The notes below the pieces were generated by a model. That model saw only the letters and a program-made list of their open reading frames with translations. It was not told the DNA's origin and searched no databases. DNA of 64,000 nt from Gammaproteobacteria bacterium. GTDB lineage: Bacteria; Pseudomonadota; Gammaproteobacteria; Steroidobacterales; Rariloculaceae. This document shows, piece by piece, positions 37,283 to 47,525 of the stretch; the stretch's first letter is position 1, and the number at the start of each line of letters is the position of its first letter. Made by a program: the position numbers and the translations under genes. The stretch is taken from NCBI GenBank assembly GCA_963664945.1, contig OY761822.1:4922205-4986204 (forward strand), read 5' to 3'.

Positions 37283-40006
37283 TCAGGGAATCAGCCGGAG
37301 ATTGCGCCCGGCCGCCACGGCCAGCATGCGCTTGTTGACGTCGAGCTTCGTAAAGATGTTTTTCAGGTGAAACTTGACCGTGTTTTCGGTCATGTCCAGC
37401 GCCCGCGCGATCCCCTTGTTGGACAGCCCGCTGGCGAGCTGTTCCAGGACCTCGCGCTCGCGCGGGCTGAGCACGGCCGCCGCATCGTCGGCGCCTGCGT
37501 CGATCGCGGCTTCCTTGAACCGATCCAGGCAGGCGGAAACGAATCGATGGGTCAGGCTGCCAAGCTGCAGTTCCCTTCGTTGGCGGTAAAGACGGGCCAG
37601 CAGCCGTTCAAGCGGTTTTCCGAAGTCAAGAAGCGGCCGGTAGGCGCCCTGTGCGACAGCCCACTCGATGGAGGCCGTCAATCCCTTCAATGCATCTTCC
37701 TGGCGGCCGCTGGCGTCAAGCAACAGCGCTCTCAGCAGTTCCGAGTCGAGCCTGCTCCAGCGATTGCCCGAGGCGGCGGCCAGTCCGGCGATCAGTTCCA
37801 CGGCCTTGAACCCGGCTTTGTGGTTGCGCGTGGCAAGGGCAGTCAACCCGTTGGCGACGCCGATCAGATGATCCCGCCGCCAGTCGGGCAACGCCCCGGC
37901 GCCGGGCCGGGACCGGATCGTGAGGTCCTTCTGGTGAAAGAGTCGGCGTGCGCGCTTGAGTTCGCCCGCGCGCACCAGCAGCAGGTATTCGTAGGCGTCA
38001 AGCAGGTCGGACAATCTCTCAAGGCTGCGATTCTCCGCGGTTTGCCGTCCGGAGGAAAGCACGGAAAACGCGGCCTCCAGACCCTTCTGGGCATAGGCGA
38101 GCAAGGCGGCGGTGCCGTAGCCGGCGGCGTACACGTCAAACCAACCATCGTAGTCCTCGGCGTACGCGAGCGCGGCACGCAGCTGTTCGGTCTCGTGTTC
38201 GTCGCGCAGATAATGGGCCGCCGCCCGGATGATGTCGGCGACGGCCTTCAGGCCGCTGTCGGCGCCGAAATTGTCCTCGGCCATGTCGTGAGCCTCGTCC
38301 AGCGTGGCGATGGCTTCGTTCAGCCGCCCCAGGAACAGGCTCGCCTGGCCTTCGTGGAGAAGGGCGTAGTTCAGACCCAGCACGCAATTGACCTCGCGCA
38401 TGTAGCGCTGCGACGTCTTGGCGTATTCCAGTGCCTCTTCGAAGGACCCGACGGCCAGCGCACCCACCGCCGCGATCGCGTAGATGATCGACCGGCCGGT
38501 GGAATCGGATCGCGTGAGGACCTGCTCCGTGGCGAGGATCGCCTTGATGCTGTCGCTGTCGGAGAGCCGGTCCTCGTAGGCTTCAAGCAGGTTGCCCATG
38601 AGCACGGTGTCGCGCCTGAGCGGTGCGGTTGCGTTGGTGCGATCCGAGAGCAGGTGCGAGTTCGTCTCCTTCAGCGACTCGAACAGCTGGTGGGCCTGGG
38701 CGATCTCGCCGTCCTTGATGAGCTGGTAGACGCGCGAGACCTGCAATCGCGGGAAACGGCCCAGTTCCGTCAGCGGAAAGTGCGAGATCAGTTGACGGTA
38801 GCGGGAAATGCCGCCGAAAAGGATCAGCTCCCAGCCCCCGGCGTCTTCAATGATGCGCGCGGCATATTCGAGGTTGCCCGCCAGGCACGCGTGCTCGACG
38901 GCCTGCACGGGCAGTTCGTGTTCCTCGTACCACTGCGCGGCCCGAAGGTGCAGCGCAAACAGTGCGTCGGGCTCGGTGCGCTCCAGAACGTTTTTCAGGA
39001 ACTCCGCAAACAGGTGATGGAAGCGATACCAGGCGCGCCCCCGGCCCACCGAGATGATGAGGGAATGCTGCTGCTTGAGCCGCTCGAGCAAGTCAAGGCA
39101 GTCGATTCGTTCGGACAGGCAATTGGCGAGATCGGCGTTGAACCGCTCGACGATGGACGTTCGCCTGAGTACGCGGCGAATGTTGTCCGGAAGATCCTGA
39201 TAGACCTGCTGGGCAAAGTAGTCGGCGATGTCGCCGGCGGATCCGGACAACTTGCGCACCACGTCTGCGAGCGAGGCTTCCTCGTGCAGCAGCGAACGCG
39301 CCATCTGCAACGCCATCGCCCAACCCTCGGTACGCTGCATCAGCGCGGCGATGTCCCGGTCGCTGCCGGAGGTGGCAAGGATTTCCCGCGCCTCCTCGGT
39401 GCTGAACCGCAGATCGTCGGCGGAGAACTCCTGCACCAGGCCGTTGATTTTCAGTGCCGAGTACCGGAATCCGGGCTTGCTGCGGGTGGCGACCGCGATG
39501 TGCGCATGTTCGGGCAGCAGTTCCAGCACGCTCTCGAATACGCGATCCGCGGACGGGCTTCCGGCGCGGTGATAGTCGTCGAAAATGATGGTCAGGCGGC
39601 CCCGGTGCTTGTTGAGCGCGGCCATCACGGCGCGCACCGCCGCATCGGGCGTCACGTCGACCAGACCCTGGTAGGCGAGCTTCTCGAGCGGTCCCATGTC
39701 CACGCCCGAAAAGCTCAGTGACAGGATCAGGTGCGACAACAACTGATCCGGTTCCCGATCGATCTCGTCGGTGGCAAGCCAGGCGACCTGGCGGCCGGCC
39801 TCCTTCAGGGCATCGGCCCACTGCGACAGCAGCGTGGATTTGCCGTATCCGGCGGGCGTCACGACCAGCGTGAGCACGCCGGCGAGCGTCGCATCGAGCC
39901 GCTGCAGCAGCGTGGACCGGCGGACCTGGGAAACAAGGCTGAACTGCGGCTCGAACTTGCCTTGCAAGAGCCAGGATTCAAAGTCGTCGAGTTGCTCGTC
40001 CATCAT
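37283..40006 (-). CDS. MalT/AlkS-family large ATP-binding LuxR regulator
   Basis: PAGYGKSTL, DDYH, TEGWAMALQ, YRFHHLFAEF; C-terminal LSPREREVL...NTVKFHLKNIFTKL. Confidence 0.92.
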   Translation of the reverse strand: MMDEQLDDFESWLLQGKFEPQFSLVSQVRRSTLLQRLDATLAGVLTLVVTPAGYGKSTLLSQWADALKEAGRQVAWLATDEIDREPDQLLSHLILSLSFSGVDMGPLEKLAYQGLVDVTPDAAVRAVMAALNKHRGRLTIIFDDYHRAGSPSADRVFESVLELLPEHAHIAVATRSKPGFRYSALKINGLVQEFSADDLRFSTEEAREILATSGSDRDIAALMQRTEGWAMALQMARSLLHEEASLADVVRKLSGSAGDIADYFAQQVYQDLPDNIRRVLRRTSIVERFNADLANCLSERIDCLDLLERLKQQHSLIISVGRGRAWYRFHHLFAEFLKNVLERTEPDALFALHLRAAQWYEEHELPVQAVEHACLAGNLEYAARIIEDAGGWELILFGGISRYRQLISHFPLTELGRFPRLQVSRVYQLIKDGEIAQAHQLFESLKETNSHLLSDRTNATAPLRRDTVLMGNLLEAYEDRLSDSDSIKAILATEQVLTRSDSTGRSIIYAIAAVGALAVGSFEEALEYAKTSQRYMREVNCVLGLNYALLHEGQASLFLGRLNEAIATLDEAHDMAEDNFGADSGLKAVADIIRAAAHYLRDEHETEQLRAALAYAEDYDGWFDVYAAGYGTAALLAYAQKGLEAAFSVLSSGRQTAENRSLERLSDLLDAYEYLLLVRAGELKRARRLFHQKDLTIRSRPGAGALPDWRRDHLIGVANGLTALATRNHKAGFKAVELIAGLAAASGNRWSRLDSELLRALLLDASGRQEDALKGLTASIEWAVAQGAYRPLLDFGKPLERLLARLYRQRRELQLGSLTHRFVSACLDRFKEAAIDAGADDAAAVLSPREREVLEQLASGLSNKGIARALDMTENTVKFHLKNIFTKLDVNKRMLAVAAGRNLRLIP

Positions 40007-40178
40007 TGTCGTGCGTTGAACGCCGCAAGGTGCGTGCACGCCTGTCGCGCGCGAAATCGGGCATCACCCGCCTGTGGCACGCGACCGGCGGGCAGCGCCT
40101 GCTGCGGCGTCGAGCGCGCGCGGTGCCGTGAGGTTCTCACATTACCAGCCCGAGGCAAAGCACGCAGACCCCGTAGGT

Positions 40179-42265
40179 CAGGGCTATTTCACGCTAGCCG
40201 GAAGTCGGTGATTTGAGGGGTTGGTCTCGGGGGTCTGGCTTTTCGGCGTTGTTTGGTGTACAACGCGCTGCATGTCGGCGGAATTCGACAAGGCGGCGGT
40301 GGTGGTCGGGGAGGTTGAGGTGCGTCCGGTCCGCGCGGAGGAGCGGCGGCGCTGGGATGCGCTGATGGAGGAGCACCACTACTTGGGTTTTCGGCAGTTC
40401 GCGGGGCGTGGTCTGCGCCATGTTGCGGAGTGGCGCGGGCACTGGCTGGCGCTTTTGGGCTGGCAGTCGGGGGCGTTCAAGTGCGCGCCGCGGGACCGCT
40501 GGCTGGGCTGGCACCGGTCGGTGCAGTTCCGGCGCCTGCACCTGATCGGGAACAACACGCGGTTTTTGGTGCTGCCGGCGGCGTCGGGGGTGCCCAACCT
40601 GGCGTCGCGGGCGCTGTCGCGGAGCGTGCGGCGGCTGAGCGGTGACTGGGCGGCGCTGCACGGGCATCCGCTGGAGTTGGCCGAGACGTTCGTGGACCCG
40701 GCGCGGTTTCGGGGCACGTGCTACGACGCGTCGAACTGGACGCGGGTGGGCCGCACGAAGGGCTTCGCGCGCCACAACGGCTCGTACACGGACCCGCACC
40801 GGGCGCCGAAGGAGATGTACGTGCGGGTGTTGCGTCGGGATGCGCGGCGGCGGCTCGCGGACCCGGCGGACCGCCCGGAGTGGTCGTGTCGGGCGGTGCC
40901 GGTGCGCTACACGCGCGCGGAGTTGCGTTCGCTGCGCGACCTGTTCGCGGAGGTGCCGGACGCGCGCCGCGGGCAGGGCCGCAAGCACCGCCTCGCGACG
41001 GTGCTGGCGATCTGCGCGCTGGCGCGGCTCGCCGGGCAGCACGGCCCGGCGGCGACTGAGCGCTTCGCGAGGAACCTGGAGCAGAAGGAACTGCGCGCGC
41101 TGCACGCTTGGCGCGACCCGGCGGCGGGGCGCTGGGTCGCGCCGTCGGACTCGACCGTCTGCCGGGTGCTGATGAACACCGACCCGGACGCGTTGCAGGA
41201 GGTGCTGTCGCGGTGGGCGGCGCCGCGCCTCGCGGCGGCGGACGACCCTCAGGTGCTGGCCGCCGACGGCAAGCGCATCCGCGGCGCCAACCGGCACACC
41301 GACGACGCGACGTACTTCGAGACGGTGACGCTGGTTACCCACGCCGGGCGCCCCGTCGCGAGCCGCTGCTGCCGCGACGACGGCGGCGAGATCGCGGCCC
41401 TGTGTGCGCTGCTCGAGGATGTCGACCTGCGCGGCTGCGTACTCACCCTGGACGCCCTGCACGCCACCCGCGACACCGCACGGACCATCGTCGAGACGCA
41501 CGGCGCGGACTACGTGCTGTCGGTCAAGGCGAACTGCCCCGACACCTTCGCCCAACTCACGGCGATCGACTGGGACGGCAACGACGTGCGCCACCACGCC
41601 GACGAACCCGCGAAGGCGCACGGGCGCATCGAGGCGCGCCGCATCGCCGCGCGCGACCTGCCGCCGAAGACGCTCGGACCCTTCCCCGGCGCCCGCCAGG
41701 CGTTCCGCGTCGTGCGCGAGCGCACCGACGCCAAGACCGGTGCAACCTCGGCCGAGACCGCCTACGGCATCACCACGGTGCCCGCCGAACGCGCCGCTCC
41801 GGCGCGGCTGCTGGCCTGGAACCGCGGCCATTGGCAGGTCGAGAACGCCAACCACTACCGCCGCGACGCCACCATGGGCGAGGACGCCAGCCGCGTCCGC
41901 AAGGGCCACGCACCCGCCAACAACGCCATCTTGAACAACATCGCGCTCGCCGTCGTGTTCCACCGCGGCTTCCGCTACCTGCCCGAGGCGAACCTCCACT
42001 TCATGATGCGCCGCGCAGACGCGCTCGACGCCATCCTGTCCCCGCACTGAGACACCCGGCCCCGCCGCCGCAAACCGCGCCCCCCCGCAAACGTCGCCGG
42101 CGACCCCTCTCCGCGCCGCGTTCCCGGACCCGCTTCCCCACCCACCCGGTGACGAATACGCCGCGCTCCATACACCAGCCCGGAACCCTCCGCACGCCTT
42201 GGCCCCCAAGCGGCCCGCGGAACGTCGCTTAGCCCGGCGTCGATCCGTAGCGTGAAATCACCCTG
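40179..42265 (+). mobile_element. complete ISAs1-family insertion sequence
   Basis: Terminal repeats CAGGGCTATTTCACGCTA and TAGCGTGAAATCACCCTG (16/18 match). 10-bp target duplication CCCCGTAGGT at 40169-78 and 42266-75. Confidence 0.93.
40272..42050 (+). CDS. ISAs1 transposase with N-terminal DUF4338 (DruA-like) domain
   Basis: HHYLG, NNTRFLVLP, ETFVDP, GTCYDASNW, GRTKG; then PDARRGQG, ADGKRIRG, TLDALH, VKAN, HGRIE, HWQVEN. Confidence 0.9.
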   Translation: MSAEFDKAAVVVGEVEVRPVRAEERRRWDALMEEHHYLGFRQFAGRGLRHVAEWRGHWLALLGWQSGAFKCAPRDRWLGWHRSVQFRRLHLIGNNTRFLVLPAASGVPNLASRALSRSVRRLSGDWAALHGHPLELAETFVDPARFRGTCYDASNWTRVGRTKGFARHNGSYTDPHRAPKEMYVRVLRRDARRRLADPADRPEWSCRAVPVRYTRAELRSLRDLFAEVPDARRGQGRKHRLATVLAICALARLAGQHGPAATERFARNLEQKELRALHAWRDPAAGRWVAPSDSTVCRVLMNTDPDALQEVLSRWAAPRLAAADDPQVLAADGKRIRGANRHTDDATYFETVTLVTHAGRPVASRCCRDDGGEIAALCALLEDVDLRGCVLTLDALHATRDTARTIVETHGADYVLSVKANCPDTFAQLTAIDWDGNDVRHHADEPAKAHGRIEARRIAARDLPPKTLGPFPGARQAFRVVRERTDAKTGATSAETAYGITTVPAERAAPARLLAWNRGHWQVENANHYRRDATMGEDASRVRKGHAPANNAILNNIALAVVFHRGFRYLPEANLHFMMRRADALDAILSPH

Positions 42266-42619
42266 CCCCGTAGGTATTGATTCCGATGGCCGCCGCCCAG
42301 GACAGACGGGACGCATAGTCGGTCGGACCGTACCCGACCACATGGCGGCAGATCCCGAAACGCGCGATCAGCAACACGAAAACCGCGATGAGGGCGGTCC
42401 ACGCGCTTCGACCCAGAACGGACCCCGATGCATAGACGAGATACAGGAGCGACATCATGACAATCGCCTGGACCGGTTCGGTCGGGGCAAGTGCAGGCCT
42501 CTTGGCGTCCCTCAGCGCGAGGCTCGCGAGGTTGTAACCGATCGCCAGAATGAAATACAGCCCGACCGCGAAGTTCAATTGCCGCTCGTCCATACGTTGC
42601 CCTCGTTCAAACCACTCAA

Positions 42620-43997
42620 CTAGCGCTGCCAGGCCAGCGCCCGATCCAGGCTCGCCCTGAAATGCGGCAGTCCCCACCGCAGGGAAAAGGCCGCAACCAG
42701 CGCCGCCGCGCCGGACACGGCCACCATAGAATAGCGAAGCGCGGCGGGATCACCGAACCAGTAGTCGGTCAACAACGCCACGAGCGTCGGCCCGAAACCG
42801 ATGCCGATCAGGTTCACGGTGAAGAGATAAAATGCGCCCACCTGCCCCCGCATCTCGTTGGGCGCCATTTGCTGCAACGCGGACACGGCCACGCCCCAGG
42901 GCGCGCTGGAGAACAGGATCATCGGCGCCATGACGACGAGAGACAGGTTGGCGCTCGGCATCAGCGGGTAGGCGACGGCCGGCACCACCACCCCCACCGC
43001 GCACAGCGACGCGGTGCGGAACGGACCGCCGACGCGCCCCCCTCGATCGATGCGATCGGCCATCCAGCCGCCGAGATAGACGCCCGAGCCGCCAAAAACC
43101 AGCAACAGCGCACCGTACGCCACTGCGGCGTCGGAAACGGCCCAGCCGTACGTCCTTGCCAGGAACGTCGGGGTCCACAGCGCCATGCCGTTGACCAGCA
43201 ACCCCAGGCAACCGAAACCGACGGCATGGGCCGTGAACGTGCGGGCGTTCAGCCTGAGAAACCGGACGAATTCGGTCAGGGTGACCCCCGGCTTGCCTTC
43301 GGCGTCGTGTGCGCGCAGGCGCTGGCGGCGCAGCGGTTCCCTGATGGTTGCCAGCAGCACCAGCACGAGCGCGCCGGGTGCGGCCACGAAGAAGAACACG
43401 GTCTGCCACGGCGCCACGGCGCCGAAGACGGGCAGTACAAGATCGGGCATGCCCTCCACGGCGACCACAAGCGCCCCCCCCGACCATGTAGGCGATGCCG
43501 AATCCCAGGTAGGTGCCCATGACGTACGTGCTGCTCGCCCGGGAAATGAGGTGAGGCCTGAAGTAGTCGGCGATCAGCGAATAGGCCGCCGGATTCAGCG
43601 CCGCCTCACCGAAACCGACACCGACGCGCGCCAGGAACAGATGGGTGAACGTGCGCGCGATGCCGCACGCGGCGGTCATCACGCTCCAGAGCGCGACACC
43701 GACGGCGATGATGCCCACCCGGTGGCGCCGATCCGCGAGCCGCCCGATGGGAAAACCCATGAGCGTGTAGAAGAGCGCGAACGCGAAGCCGTGCAACAGG
43801 CTGACCTGGGTATCGGAAACGCCGATGTCGCGCTTGATGGGTTCGATCAGGAGGGTCAGGATGGAACGGTCCACGTAGGAGACGATGTAGGCAAACATCA
43901 GCACCGCCACGACATACCAGGCGTAGGGCTCGGGCGGATACGGGAGCGAGCGGGCGTCGCGCGCGGGGCGCTGGTTCGAAGGCGCGGTGCCCGACAT
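42620..43997 (-). pseudogene. MFS transporter (spinster-like) split by a +1 frameshift in a G8 run
   Basis: SYVDRSIL, GRLADR, ARVGVGFGEA, then a frame change at C8 43474-81. With G7 the reading is MVGGALVVAVEG into the 3' ORF. Confidence 0.8.
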
Positions 43998-44058
43998 GCC
44001 TCAACGGCTCCGTCGGCGCCGAACGGGGCGCCGGACGAGGTGGCGATCCATCATGAAT

Positions 44059-45768
44059 CTACGGCGGTCCACGCCCGGACGGAGTCCCATCGGCGGTTGC
44101 GGCGTCCAGCCCGTAGACGGCCCTTGCCTCTTCGGCACTGATGTAGCCGTTCTTCAGATCGGCCAGAATCCTGGCGCGGGGCCGCTGTCGCGGATCGCCG
44201 AAACCGCCGCCGTTGGCGGTGACGATGCGCACGATATCGCCGCGCGCCAGTTCAAGATTGGCCGCGCGGGGCAACGCGGTGACGCCGCCGTCGGGCTCAA
44301 GCAGCTCAAGGCGGTTGCAGGAACCGTCCTGGCCGCCGGCAACGCCCCAGGGCGGTGTCGCCCGGCGGGTGTATTCGGCTGTCAGCCAGGCCCGCCTGCC
44401 CAGTATCCGGTAGCGCAGATCGATCCCCTTGCCGCCGCGGTACCGGCCGGCCCCGCCCCCTTCGCCGTTCAGGGTGAGTCTTTCGACTTCGATTCCGTTG
44501 CGGGCCTCGTTGATCTCCACCGGGCAATTGAAAGTGTCGCCATGGGATGCGGAGAATTGCGCGTTCTCCCCGTCCTTCAAGGCACTGCCTCCCCATCCGC
44601 CCACTTCGGGCTCGATGAAGGTGTGATCGGCGCCGCCGACATCCTCGCTGCGAATGAGCGTCGCGCAGATCGAGGAAAAGTGCCCTGCCGGCATTCTTTC
44701 GGGCATGTGCGGCGCCAGAGCCTTGCAGATCAGGTCGCCCGAACGGATCTTGTTCTCGTAGTACAGGCCGACCGCTGCCGGGGCCTCGGCGTGAAACAGC
44801 GTGCCGGGCGTGGTCAGCAATCTGAGGGGCCGAAAGCTGCCCGCATTGGCCCATTGTTCCGGGGCCACCACCCCCTTGAACGCGGCCTGCGCGCTGACCC
44901 GGGTGCTGTGCACGGTCGCGTTGAGCGGGCCCGGGTCCTGGGGCGGGTTATCGCGCAGGTCCACGATGAACGCGTCGTCCGTGATGGTGACCGCCGCTCG
45001 GACCACGCGCCCGTCGTCCATCCGGTCCTCGGCGTCGAAGCGGCCCTTGGGAAGCCCTTTCAATCCATTGCGCGAGACCTGCTCGCCGTATTCGAGATAG
45101 CGGCGGATGGCGTGATCGAGCTGTTCGGCGCCGTACTTGCGGCACAGTTCGCGAAGCCGCTGTTCACCGGTGCGAAGCGCGGAAATTCCGGCCCACAGGT
45201 CGCCGATGCACTGCTCGGGCAATCGGCTGTTTGCGCGAATGATGTCGAAGAGGGCTTGCACGGCCGTACCTGCCTCGAAGAGCCGCACATCGGGCAGGAT
45301 CAGGCCTTCCTGAAACACTTCCGATGCGGATGGCGACAAGGAGCCCGGTGTCATACCGCCCAGATCCAGCCAGTGCCCCTTGCTGGCCGTCCAGGCGATG
45401 AGGCGGTCTTCATGGAAAACGGGCATGGTCAGCGAGACATCGTTGATGTGGCTCACCCCGCCGGTGTACGGATCGTTCGAGATGAACACGTCCCCGGCGC
45501 GCACGTCGCCGCGGAATTTCCCGATGACGGTCTTGACCGCGGGGTCGAGCATGCCGACGAAGCTCGGAATGCCGGCGCCGGCGCTGGCCAGTTCGCCCTC
45601 GGCATCGGTGATGGCCACGCCGAAGTCCAGAACCTCGTAAATGACCGAGCTCATGGCCGCGCGGGCCATGGAGGAGAACATCTCGTCGGTGATGGCGGTG
45701 AGCGAGAGCTGGATGATTTCGGCGGTGAACGGGTCCGGATCGTCGATGAAGCCCGGTGAGTTGTTCAC
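44059..45768 (-). CDS. hydantoinase B/oxoprolinase family subunit (copy 2)
   Basis: RAAMSSVIYE, NDPYTGGVSHINDV, GHWLDLGG, FQEG, GAGRYRGG, TANGGGFGDP. Confidence 0.92.
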   Translation of the reverse strand: MNNSPGFIDDPDPFTAEIIQLSLTAITDEMFSSMARAAMSSVIYEVLDFGVAITDAEGELASAGAGIPSFVGMLDPAVKTVIGKFRGDVRAGDVFISNDPYTGGVSHINDVSLTMPVFHEDRLIAWTASKGHWLDLGGMTPGSLSPSASEVFQEGLILPDVRLFEAGTAVQALFDIIRANSRLPEQCIGDLWAGISALRTGEQRLRELCRKYGAEQLDHAIRRYLEYGEQVSRNGLKGLPKGRFDAEDRMDDGRVVRAAVTITDDAFIVDLRDNPPQDPGPLNATVHSTRVSAQAAFKGVVAPEQWANAGSFRPLRLLTTPGTLFHAEAPAAVGLYYENKIRSGDLICKALAPHMPERMPAGHFSSICATLIRSEDVGGADHTFIEPEVGGWGGSALKDGENAQFSASHGDTFNCPVEINEARNGIEVERLTLNGEGGGAGRYRGGKGIDLRYRILGRRAWLTAEYTRRATPPWGVAGGQDGSCNRLELLEPDGGVTALPRAANLELARGDIVRIVTANGGGFGDPRQRPRARILADLKNGYISAEEARAVYGLDAATADGTPSGRGPP

Positions 45769-45848
45769 GGCCGGCGAACGCCCGCCGGCGCCAACCCCGC
45801 GGCATCGCAGCGCACGTCCCCTTGAAACAGCAACGGAATCATCGTGGT

Positions 45849-47522
45849 TTACCGTGCCAGCCCGTACTCCTCGTGGGCCTGCTCCGGGGTGATGTAGCCG
45901 TTGAGCAGGTCACGCTCGATGGCGTCGCGGTCGCGCTCGCCGGGGTCCCCGTAACCGCCGCCGTTGGCCGTGGTCAGGCGGATGACCTCGCCCTTCTCGG
46001 CGCGCACCGTGGTGCACATGCCGAAGCGCTCGACCCGGCCGTCGTTGCGCAGGATCTGTGCGTAGTTCGTGCTGCCCTCGGCACCGCCGGACAGCCCCCA
46101 GGGCCGGCTCTCGGTGCGGCTGGCGGCATACGTCAGAAAAGCCTCGTCGGAAGTCACACGGTAGTCGAGCACAACCCCCCTGCCGCCCCGGAATCGCCCG
46201 GCGCCGCCGCCGGCCATGTTGAAGGCGTACTGCTCGACCGCCAGGCCGTAGCGGCTCTCGAACAACTCCACCGGGACGTTGTAGGTCTCGCCGTTTCCGC
46301 AACAGAACTGCCCGTTGTCGCCGTCGAGCCCCCTTGAGGCGCCCCAGCCTCCCACCAGCGGTTCGCCCATGACAAAGAGGTCGCCGGTGTCCGGGTGAAG
46401 CCCGGAAATGAACGTGGCGCCGACGCTGCGCTGGTGCCCGGCCGACAGCGCATCCGGAAGGACCGGTGCGAGGGCTTTCCACATCACGTCGATGGCGGCG
46501 ATCAGCGCTTCGTAGTACAGGGAGACCGGCGCCGGGGAGCACGCGGAAATCAGGGTGCCCCGCGGGCAGACGACTTCAAGCGGGCGGAAACAGCCGCCGT
46601 TGGCCGGAAGTTCCGGGTTCGTGACGGCCTTGAACAAACATCTGGCCCCGGTGACCAGCCCCGTGTACGAGCAGTTGATGGGGCCGGGCACCTGGGGTGA
46701 GGTGCCGGAGAAATCGGCAATCATCCTGTCGCTTGCCACGGTGACCTTCACGCGAATGGTGAACGGCCCGTTTCCGAGTCCGTCGTCTTCCACCACGTCC
46801 TCGGCCTCGTAGACGCCATGGGGGAGCTTCGCCAGTTCCGCGAGCGTCATGCGCTCGCCGTAGACCAGCAGTGCCTCCATCGCCGCCAGCACATCGTCAC
46901 GCCCGTACTTGTGCACGAGTTCCAGAATTCGGTTGCCGCCGACCCGCGCGGCGGCCACGCCGGCGTGCATGTCCCCGATTGTCGAATCGGGCAACCGCAC
47001 GTTGTCCCGTATCAGCTGGACCAGAGAATTATTCAGACGCCCTTCCTCGTAGAGCTTCAGAAACCTGAAGTGCAGGCCCTCCTGAAAGATCTCCGTCGCC
47101 TCGGTGGACACGCTTCCCGGTTGCGTGCCGCCCACCTCCGTCCAGTGCGCCTTGTTGACCGTGAACGCGATCAACCGCTCGCCGTGAAACACCGGCAGAA
47201 CGATGACGACATCGGAAAGGTGCGTGCCGCCGCCCGCGTAGGGGGAGTTGGTAATGATCACGTCGCCCGGGCGGATATCGCCCGGGTCCGGATAACGCTC
47301 CAGCGTGCTCTGCACCGCGGTATCGAGCGTGGCGAGAAACGCCGTGACGCCGTTGCCCTGGCCAAGGAGATTTCCCTTCGCGTCGGTGACGCCCACGGCG
47401 AAGTCGGTGGTCTCGTAGATGATGGGGCTCATCGAGGTGCGTATGACGGCGTTGAACATCTCCTCGCCGATCGCCACCAGCGAGTCCTTGATGATCTCCG
47501 TCGTGAATACATCTGTTGTCAT
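45849..47522 (-). CDS. hydantoinase B/oxoprolinase family subunit (copy 1)
   Basis: RTSMSPIIYE, PYAGGTHLSDV, AHWTEVGG, FQEG, GAGRFRGG, TANGGGYGDP. Confidence 0.92.
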   Translation of the reverse strand: MTTDVFTTEIIKDSLVAIGEEMFNAVIRTSMSPIIYETTDFAVGVTDAKGNLLGQGNGVTAFLATLDTAVQSTLERYPDPGDIRPGDVIITNSPYAGGGTHLSDVVIVLPVFHGERLIAFTVNKAHWTEVGGTQPGSVSTEATEIFQEGLHFRFLKLYEEGRLNNSLVQLIRDNVRLPDSTIGDMHAGVAAARVGGNRILELVHKYGRDDVLAAMEALLVYGERMTLAELAKLPHGVYEAEDVVEDDGLGNGPFTIRVKVTVASDRMIADFSGTSPQVPGPINCSYTGLVTGARCLFKAVTNPELPANGGCFRPLEVVCPRGTLISACSPAPVSLYYEALIAAIDVMWKALAPVLPDALSAGHQRSVGATFISGLHPDTGDLFVMGEPLVGGWGASRGLDGDNGQFCCGNGETYNVPVELFESRYGLAVEQYAFNMAGGGAGRFRGGRGVVLDYRVTSDEAFLTYAASRTESRPWGLSGGAEGSTNYAQILRNDGRVERFGMCTTVRAEKGEVIRLTTANGGGYGDPGERDRDAIERDLLNGYITPEQAHEEYGLAR

Positions 47523-47525
47523 CGG

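Larger units (their letters stand above)
40137..42593 (-). pseudogene. small membrane protein gene interrupted by the ISAs1 element
   Basis: MDERQLNFAVG...INTYG on the right of the IS continues as VCVLCLGLVM* on the left (stop at 40137-39) once the IS and one target copy are removed. Confidence 0.75.
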
